The translations under genes and the position numbers were made by a program. A DNA stretch of 13,546 nucleotides from a virus (lineage: Duplodnaviria; Heunggongvirae; Uroviricota; Caudoviricetes): IMG/VR virus record IMGVR_UViG_2565956716_000001; one strand, written 5' to 3'. The notes beneath the pieces were generated by a model. It saw only the letters and a program-made list of their open reading frames with translations. It searched no databases and had not been told where the DNA came from. This document shows positions 7,581-13,546 of the stretch, in pieces; positions within the stretch are counted from its first letter, which is position 1; every line of letters begins with the position of its first letter.

Positions 7581-7796
7581 ATGAAATTCATGGATAAGTT
7601 AACAACTGGAGTCGCCTATGGCACCTCAGCAGGTAGTGCCGGTTACTGGTTTTTACAGCTGCTCGATAAAGTCACTCCCTCACAGTGGGCAGCAATAGGT
7701 GTGCTGGGTAGCCTGGTATTTGGCCTGCTGACGTACCTGACAAACCTTTATTTCAAGATTAAAGAAGATAAGCGCAAGGCTGCGAGAGGTGAATAA
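7581..7796 (+). CDS. essD: Class II holin (phage 21 S / pinholin type) with dual-start motif
   Basis: 71 aa from the ATG at 7581 (GAGGTGGGG RBS), with a second in-frame ATG at 7590 (M-K-F-M), the dual-start arrangement of S21 holin/antiholin. Two transmembrane segments and a charged C-terminus ([13 protein letters not shown]). Stop overlaps the next ATG as TAATG. Confidence 0.9.
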
Positions 7797-8293
7797 TGCC
7801 TCCATCATTACGAAAAGCCGTTGCTGCTGCTATTGGTGGCGGAGCAATTGCTATAGCATCAGTGTTAATCACTGGCCCAAGTGGTAACGATGGTCTGGAA
7901 GGTGTCAGCTACATACCATACAAAGATATTGTTGGTGTATGGACTGTATGTCACGGACACACCGGAAAAGACATCATGCTCGGTAAAACGTATACCAAAG
8001 CAGAATGCAAAGCACTCTTGAATAAAGACCTTGCCACTGTCGCCAGACAAATTAACCCGTATATCAAAGTCGATATACCGGAAACAACGCGCGGCGCTCT
8101 TTACTCATTCGTTTACAACGTGGGTGCTGGCAATTTTAGAACATCGACGCTTCTTCGCAAAATAAACCAGGGCGATATCAAAGGCGCATGTGATCAGCTG
8201 CGTCGCTGGACATACGCTGGCGGTAAGCAATGGAAAGGCCTGATGACTCGTCGTGAGATTGAGCGTGAAGTCTGTTTGTGGGGGCAACAGTGA
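7796..8293 (+). CDS. rrrD: SAR endolysin (T4-lysozyme-like muramidase, phage 21 R type)
   Basis: 165 aa. The Gly/Ala-rich N-terminal segment [20 protein letters not shown] is a signal-anchor-release domain. Catalytic Glu35-Asp44-Thr50 are in the expected spacing ([18 protein letters not shown]). Confidence 0.92.
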
Positions 8294-8751
8294 GCAGAGT
8301 AACCGCGATTATATCCGCTCTGATTATCTGCATCATCGTCAGCCTGTCATGGGCGGTCAATCATTACCGTGATAACGCAATCGCCTACAAAGCCCAGCGC
8401 GACAAAAATGCCAGAGAACTGAAGCTAGCGAACGCGGCAATTACTGACATGCAGATGCGTCAGCGTGATGTTGCTGCGCTCGATGCAAAATACACGAAGG
8501 AGTTAGCTGATGCGAAAGCTGAAAATGATGCTCTGCGTGATGATGTTGCCGCTGGTCGTCGTCGGTTGCACATCAAAGCAGTCTGTCAGTCAGTGCGTGA
8601 AGCCACCACGGCCTCCGGCGTGGATAATGCAGCCTCCCCCCGACTGGCAGACACCGCTGAACGGGATTATTTCACCCTCAGAGAGAGGCTGATCACTATG
8701 CAAAAACAACTGGAAGGAACCCAGAAGTATATTAATGAGCAGTGCAGATAG
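8290..8751 (+). CDS. rzpD: i-spanin Rz
   Basis: 153 aa from the GTG at 8290, which overlaps the endolysin stop (GTGA); an alternative GTG lies at 8278. N-terminal transmembrane helix followed by a coiled-coil-like periplasmic domain. Confidence 0.85.
8510..8692 (+). CDS. rzoD: o-spanin Rz1 lipoprotein, embedded in the +1 frame of Rz
   Basis: 60 aa with AAGGAG RBS at 8497-8502 and ATG at 8510. Lipobox LVVVGC and a proline-rich mature part ([15 protein letters not shown]), wholly nested inside the Rz gene. Confidence 0.8.
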   Translation: MRKLKMMLCVMMLPLVVVGCTSKQSVSQCVKPPRPPAWIMQPPPDWQTPLNGIISPSERG

Positions 8752-8782
8752 AGCTGACCATATCGATGGGCAACTCATGCAA

Positions 8783-9076
8783 TTATTTTGAGCAATACAC
8801 ACGCGCTTCCAGCGGAGTATAAATGCCTAAAGTAATAAAACCGAGCAATCCATTTACGAATGTTTGCTGGGTTTCTGTTTTAACAACATTTTCTGCGCCG
8901 CCACAAATTTTAGCTGCATCGACAGTTTTCTTCTGCCCAATTCCAGAAACGAAGAAATGATGGGTGATGGTTTCCTTTGGTGCTACTGCTGTCTGTTTGT
9001 TTTGAACAGTAAATGTCTGTTGAGCACATCCTGTAATAAGCAGGGCCAGCGCAGTAGCGAGTAGCATTTTTTTCAT
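8783..9076 (-). CDS. borD: Bor lipoprotein (serum-resistance / outer-membrane lipoprotein)
   Basis: 97 aa with lipoprotein signal MKKMLLATALALLITGC. Matches the lambda Bor family along its whole length as recalled. Confidence 0.9.
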   Translation of the reverse strand: MKKMLLATALALLITGCAQQTFTVQNKQTAVAPKETITHHFFVSGIGQKKTVDAAKICGGAENVVKTETQQTFVNGLLGFITLGIYTPLEARVYCSK

Positions 9077-9366
9077 GGTGTTATTCCCGATGCTTTTTGA
9101 AGTTCGCAGAATCGTATGTGTAGAAAATTAAACAAACCCTAAACAATGAGTTGAAATTTCATATTGTTAATATTTATTAATGTATGCCAGGTGCGATGAA
9201 TCGTCATTGTATTCCCGGATTAACTATGTCCACAGCCCTGACGGGGAACTTCTCTGCGGGAGTGTCCGGGAATAATTAAAAACGATGCACACAGGGTTTA
9301 GCGCGTACATGTATTGTATTATGCCAACGCCCCGGTGCTGACACGGAAGAAACCGGACGTTATGAT

Positions 9367-9777
9367 TTAGCGTGGAAAGATTTGTGTAGTGTTCTGAATG
9401 CTCTCAGTAAATAGTAATGAATTATCAAAGGTATAGTAATATCTTTTATGTTCGTGGATATTTGTAACCCATCGGAAAACTCCTGCTTTAGCAAGATTTT
9501 CCCTGTATTGCTGAAATGTGATTTCTCTTGATTTCAACCTATCATAGGACGTTTCTATAAGATGCGTATTTCTTGAGAATTTAACATTTACAACCTTTTT
9601 AAGTCCTTTTATTAACACGGTGTTATCGTTTTCTAACACAATGTGAATATTATCTGTGGCTAGATAGTAAATATAATGTGAGACATTGTGACGTTTTAGT
9701 TCAGAATAAAACAATTCACAGTTTAAATCTTTTCGCACTTGATCGAATATTTCTTTAAAAATGGCAACCTGAGCCAT
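9367..9777 (-). CDS. ybcV: YbcV-like (DUF1398-type) protein
   Basis: 136 aa from the ATG at 9777 (GGAAGG about 9 nt upstream); the ORF track extends to 9900 (177 aa). AT-rich gene in the position occupied by the DUF1398 'envelope protein' ORF of lambda and DLP12. Family assignment is from position and recalled features. Confidence 0.55.
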   Translation of the reverse strand: MAQVAIFKEIFDQVRKDLNCELFYSELKRHNVSHYIYYLATDNIHIVLENDNTVLIKGLKKVVNVKFSRNTHLIETSYDRLKSREITFQQYRENLAKAGVFRWVTNIHEHKRYYYTFDNSLLFTESIQNTTQIFPR

Positions 9778-10062
9778 TGGTAAAACCTTCCATGTGATAC
9801 GAGGGCGCGTAGTTTGCATTATCGTTTTTATCGCTTCAATCTGGTCTGACCTCTTTGTGTTTTGTTGATGATTTATGTCAAATATTAGGAATGTTTTCAA
9901 TTAATAGTATTGGTTGCGTAACAAAGTGCGGTCCTGCTGGCATTCTGGAGGGAAATACAACCGACAGATGTATGTAAGGCCAACGTGCTCAAACCTTCAT
10001 ACAGAAAGATTTGAAGTAATATTTTAACCGCTAGATGAAGAGCAAGCGCATGGAGCGACAAA

Positions 10063-10269
10063 ATGAATAAAGAACAATCTGCTGATGATCCCTCCGTGGA
10101 TCTGATTCGTGTAAAAAATATGCTTAATAGCACCATTTCTATGAGTTACCCTGATGTTGTAATTGCATGTATAGAACATAAGGTGTCTCTGGAAGCATTC
10201 AGGGCAATTGAGGCAGCGTTGGTGAAGCACGATAATAATATGAAGGATTATTCCCTGGTGGTTGACTGA
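10063..10269 (+). CDS. ybcW: YbcW-like small protein
   Basis: 68-aa ORF ([22 protein letters not shown]...) divergent from the ybcV-like gene, in the position of DLP12 ybcW and lambda p79. Confidence 0.6.
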
Positions 10270-10433
10270 TCACCATAACTGCTAATCATTCAAACTACTT
10301 AACCTGTGACAGAGCCAACACGCAGTCTGTCACTGTCAGGAAAGTGGTAAAACTGCAACTCAATTACTGCAATGCCCTCGTAATTAAGTGAATTTACAAT
10401 ATCGTCCTGTTCGGAGGGAAGAACGCGGGATGT

Positions 10434-10628
10434 TCATTCTTCATCACTTTTAATTGATGTATATGCTCTCTTTTCTGACGTTAGCCTCCGACGGCAGGCT
10501 TCAATGACCCAGGCTGAGAAATTCCCGGACCCTTTTTGCTCAAGAGCGATGTTAATTTGTTCAATCATTTGGTTAGGAAAGCGGATGTTGCGGGTTGTTG
10601 TTCTGCGGGTTCTGTTCTTAGTTGACAT
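10434..10628 (-). CDS. ylcI: Small ribbon-helix-helix (Arc/CopG-like, DUF3950) DNA-binding protein
   Basis: 64 aa. Basic N-terminus (RTRRTTTRNIRF) followed by a predicted strand-helix-helix (PNQMIEQINIALEQKG..FSAWVIEACRRRL). GGGG RBS upstream of the ATG at 10628. Confidence 0.6.
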   Translation of the reverse strand: MSTKNRTRRTTTRNIRFPNQMIEQINIALEQKGSGNFSAWVIEACRRRLTSEKRAYTSIKSDEE

Positions 10629-10779
10629 GAGGTTGCCCCGTATTCAGTGTCGCTGATTTGTATTGTCTGAAGTTGTTTTTACGTTAAGTTGATGCAGATC
10701 AATTAATACGATACCTGCGTCATAATTGATTATTTGACGTGGTTTGATGGCGTAGATGCACGTTGTGACATGTAGATGA

Positions 10780-11016
10780 TAATTATTATCATTTTGCGGG
10801 TCCTTTCCGGCGATCCGACAGGTTACGGGGCGGCGACCTCGCGGGTTTTCGCTATTTATGAAAATTTTCCGGTTTAAGGCGTTTCCGTTCTTCTTCGTCA
10901 TAACTTAATGTTTTTATTTAAAATACCCTCTGAAAAGAAAGGAAACGACAGGTGCTGAAAACGGGCTTTTTGGCCACTGTCGTTTCCTTTCTCTGTTTTT
11001 GTCCGTGGAATGAACA
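10780..11016. other. Lambda-type cos site: cosQ, cosN (12-nt cohesive end GGGCGGCGACCT at 10828-10839), cosB
   Basis: The string ..gatccgacaggttacg|gggcggcgacct|cgcgggttttcgctatttatgaaaattttccggtttaaggcgtttccgttcttcttcg.. matches the joined right and left ends of phage lambda as recalled. The Nu1 start lies about 190 nt from cosN, as in lambda. Confidence 0.8.
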
Positions 11017-11562
11017 ATGGAAGTCAACAAAAAGCAGCTGGCTGAAATTTTCGGCGCGAGTATCCGTACCATTCAGAACTGGCAGGAGCAGGGAATGCCC
11101 GTTCTGCGAGGCGGTGGGAAGGGTAATGAGGTGCTTTATGACTCTGCCGCCGTCATAAAATGGTATGCCGAAAGGGATGCTGAAATTGAGAACGAAAAGC
11201 TGCGCCGGGAGGTTGAAGAACTGCGACAGGCCAGCGAGACAGATCTCCAGCCAGGGACTATTGAGTACGAACGCCATCGACTTACGCGTGCGCAGGCCGA
11301 CGCACAGGAGCTGAAAAATGCCAGAGACTCCGCTGAAGTGGTGGAAACCGCATTCTGTACTTTCGTGCTGTCGCGGATCGCAGGTGAAATTGCCAGTATT
11401 CTCGACGGGATCCCCCTGTCGGTGCAGCGGCGTTTTCCGGAACTGGAAAACCGACATGTTGATTTCCTGAAACGGGATATCATCAAAGCCATGAACAAAG
11501 CAGCCGCGCTGGATGAACTGATACCGGGGTTGCTGAGTGAATATATCGAACAGTCAGGTTAA
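11017..11562 (+). CDS. nohD: Terminase small subunit Nu1
   Basis: 181 aa, [36 protein letters not shown]..., collinear with lambda Nu1 over its full length. N-terminal winged HTH and P-loop-like GGGKG. Confidence 0.95.
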   Translation: MEVNKKQLAEIFGASIRTIQNWQEQGMPVLRGGGKGNEVLYDSAAVIKWYAERDAEIENEKLRREVEELRQASETDLQPGTIEYERHRLTRAQADAQELKNARDSAEVVETAFCTFVLSRIAGEIASILDGIPLSVQRRFPELENRHVDFLKRDIIKAMNKAAALDELIPGLLSEYIEQSG

Positions 11563-13546
11563 CAGGCTGCGACATTTTGTCCGCGCCGGGCTTCGCTCAC
11601 TGTTCAGGCCGGAGCCACAGACTGCCGTTGAATGGGCGGATGCTAATTACTATCTCCCGAAAGAATCCGCATACCAGGAAGGGCGCTGGGAAACACTGCC
11701 CTTTCAGCGGGCCATCATGAATGCGATGGGCAGCGACTATATCCGTGAGGTGAATGTAGTGAAGTCTGCCCGTGTCGGTTATTCCAAAATGCTGCTGGGT
11801 GTTTATGCCTACTTTATAGAGCATAAGCAACGCAACACACTTATCTGGTTGCCGACGGATGGTGATGCCGAGAACTTTATGAAAACCCACGTTGAGCCGA
11901 CCATCCGCGATATTCCGTCGCTGCTGGCGCTGGCTCCGTGGTATGGCAAAAAGCACCGGGATAACACGCTCACCATGAAGCGTTTCACCAATGGTCGTGG
12001 CTTCTGGTGCCTGGGCGGTAAAGCGGCAAAAAACTACCGTGAAAAGTCGGTGGATGTGGCGGGTTATGATGAACTTGCTGCCTTTGATGATGATATTGAA
12101 CAGGAAGGCTCTCCGACGTTCCTGGGTGACAAGCGTATTGAAGGCTCGGTCTGGCCAAAGTCCATCCGTGGCTCCACGCCCAAAGTGAGAGGCACCTGTC
12201 AGATTGAGCGTGCAGCCAGTGAATCCCCGCATTTTATGCGTTTTCATGTTGCCTGCCCGCACTGCGGGGAGGAGCAGTACCTTAAATTCGGCGATAAAGA
12301 GACGCCGTTTGGCTTCAAATGGACGCCGGATGATCCCTCCAGCGTGTTTTATCTCTGCGAACATAATGCCTGCGTCATCCGCCAGCAGGAGCTGGACTTC
12401 ACTGATGCCCGTTATATCTGCGAAAAGACCGGGATCTGGACCCGTGATGGCATTCTCTGGTTTTCGTCATCCGGTGAAGAGATTGAGCCACCGGACAGCG
12501 TGACCTTTCACATCTGGACGGCGTACAGCCCGTTCACCACCTGGGTGCAGATTGTCAAAGACTGGATGAAGACGAAAGGGGATACGGGAAAACGTAAAAC
12601 CTTCGTGAACACCACGCTCGGTGAGACATGGGAAGCGAAAATCGGTGAACGTCCGGATGCTGAAGTGATGGCAGAGCGGAAAGAGCATTATTCAGCGCCC
12701 GTTCCTGACCGTGTGGCTTACCTGACTGCCGGTATCGACTCCCAGCTGGACCGCTACGAAATGCGCGTATGGGGATGGGGGCCGGGTGAGGAAAGCTGGC
12801 TGATTGACCGGCAGATTATTATGGGCCGCCACGACGATGAACAGACGCTGCTGCGTGTGGATGAGGCCATCAATAAAACCTATACCCGCCGGAATGGTGC
12901 AGAAATGTCGATATCCCGTATCTGCTGGGATATTGGCGGGATTGACCCGACCATTGTGTATGAACGCTCGAAAAAACATGGGCTGTTCCGGGTGATCCCC
13001 ATTAAAGGGGCATCCGTCTACGGAAAGCCGGTGGCCAGCATGCCACGTAAGCGAAACAAAAACGGGGTTTACCTTACCGAAATCGGCACGGATATTGCAC
13101 CACCAGATATTCCTGCTGGCTTTGTGGCTGTTTTCAACAGTGATGAGGCATCGTGGCATCTCGTTGAAGATCATCGGGGTAAAACGGTTTATGACGTGGC
13201 TTCCGGCGACGCGTTATTTATTTCTGAACTCGGCTCATTACCGGAAAATGTCACCTGGTTATCCCCGGAAGGGGAGTTTCAGAAGTGGAACGGCACAGCT
13301 TGGGTGAAGGATACGGAAGCAGAAAAACTGTTCCGGATCCGTGAGGCGGAAGAAACAAAAAACAGCCTGATGCAGGTAGCCAGTGAGCATATAGCGCCGC
13401 TTCAGGATGCTGTGGATCTGGAGATCGCAACGGAGGAAGAAACCTTGTTGCTGGAAGCCTGGAAAAAGTATCGGGTGTTGCTGAACCGTGTTGATACATC
13501 AACTGCACCTGATATTGAGTGGCCTACGAACCCTGTCAGGGAGTAA
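11537..13546 (+). CDS. Terminase large subunit gpA (N-terminal ~519 aa) fused in frame to the C-terminal ~150 aa of tail-fibre assembly protein Tfa; deletion remnant
   Basis: GTG start at 11537 overlapping the Nu1 3' end. Residues 1-519 follow lambda gpA ([14 protein letters not shown]...[10 protein letters not shown]...). After ..LTEIGTD (codon 519 at 13091-13093) the sequence continues [35 protein letters not shown]...[13 protein letters not shown], which is the Tfa C-terminal region. The window ends on its stop codon. Confidence 0.88.
   Translation: MNISNSQVNRLRHFVRAGLRSLFRPEPQTAVEWADANYYLPKESAYQEGRWETLPFQRAIMNAMGSDYIREVNVVKSARVGYSKMLLGVYAYFIEHKQRNTLIWLPTDGDAENFMKTHVEPTIRDIPSLLALAPWYGKKHRDNTLTMKRFTNGRGFWCLGGKAAKNYREKSVDVAGYDELAAFDDDIEQEGSPTFLGDKRIEGSVWPKSIRGSTPKVRGTCQIERAASESPHFMRFHVACPHCGEEQYLKFGDKETPFGFKWTPDDPSSVFYLCEHNACVIRQQELDFTDARYICEKTGIWTRDGILWFSSSGEEIEPPDSVTFHIWTAYSPFTTWVQIVKDWMKTKGDTGKRKTFVNTTLGETWEAKIGERPDAEVMAERKEHYSAPVPDRVAYLTAGIDSQLDRYEMRVWGWGPGEESWLIDRQIIMGRHDDEQTLLRVDEAINKTYTRRNGAEMSISRICWDIGGIDPTIVYERSKKHGLFRVIPIKGASVYGKPVASMPRKRNKNGVYLTEIGTDIAPPDIPAGFVAVFNSDEASWHLVEDHRGKTVYDVASGDALFISELGSLPENVTWLSPEGEFQKWNGTAWVKDTEAEKLFRIREAEETKNSLMQVASEHIAPLQDAVDLEIATEEETLLLEAWKKYRVLLNRVDTSTAPDIEWPTNPVRE

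Noticed and set aside
9897-10230. Minus-strand ORFs of 79 and 68 aa overlapping the ybcW-like gene and the ybcV-ybcW intergenic region
   Set aside because: They overlap a better-supported plus-strand ORF and have no RBS. Judged spurious.
10306-10340. Imperfect inverted repeat (CCTGTGACAGAG...CAGTCTGTCACTGTCAGG) as a LexA box or terminator
   Set aside because: The spacing does not fit CTGT-N8-ACAG and no T-tract follows on either strand. Left as an unassigned palindrome.
10644-10901. 85-aa minus-strand ORF
   Set aside because: It lies across cosQ/cosN and the AT-rich cos flank, has no RBS, and its composition is dictated by the cos sequence. Judged spurious.
10918-11498. Minus-strand ORFs of 179 and 120 aa, and a plus-strand 68-aa ORF, across cosB and Nu1
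   Set aside because: Antisense or alternate frames of Nu1 and the cos region.
11597-13508. Several minus-strand and alternate-frame ORFs (up to 255 aa) inside the terminase fusion gene
   Set aside because: They are antisense or out of frame to an ORF with full-length lambda gpA collinearity. Spurious.
1-13546. Self-contained defence system (restriction-modification, toxin-antitoxin, abortive infection, CRISPR-Cas, retron)
   Set aside because: No ORF carries recognisable methyltransferase, restriction endonuclease, reverse transcriptase, Cas, or toxin-domain signatures. Every sizeable ORF is accounted for by prophage functions or small accessory proteins.

Overview
This window reads as a compact, defective lambdoid prophage of the DLP12 family, ordered integrase to terminase; it contains no recognisable defence system, CRISPR array, tRNA or rRNA. 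The left arm (minus strand) carries a P22-type integrase, an excisionase and three small early-region ORFs. These abut a 5'-truncated replication-initiator remnant that still holds a tandem 15-bp iteron array, with no repressor, cro or N genes in between. The nin-like region (plus strand) encodes a LexA DNA-binding-domain-only protein, RusA resolvase, a KilA-N protein, a DUF968/HNH protein and the Q antiterminator. Downstream lie convergent intrinsic terminators, an intact antisense NmpC porin gene, a phage-21-type lysis cassette, Bor, YbcV/YbcW-like ORFs, a solitary RHH protein, a complete lambda-type cos site, Nu1, and a terminase gpA truncated and fused in frame to the C-terminus of tail-fibre assembly protein Tfa. 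All head and tail genes are missing. Homology statements rest on reading the ORF translations and recalled family features; no database search was run. The most interesting items are the gpA::Tfa deletion scar, the orphaned origin iterons, and the LexA-like protein translationally coupled to rusA.
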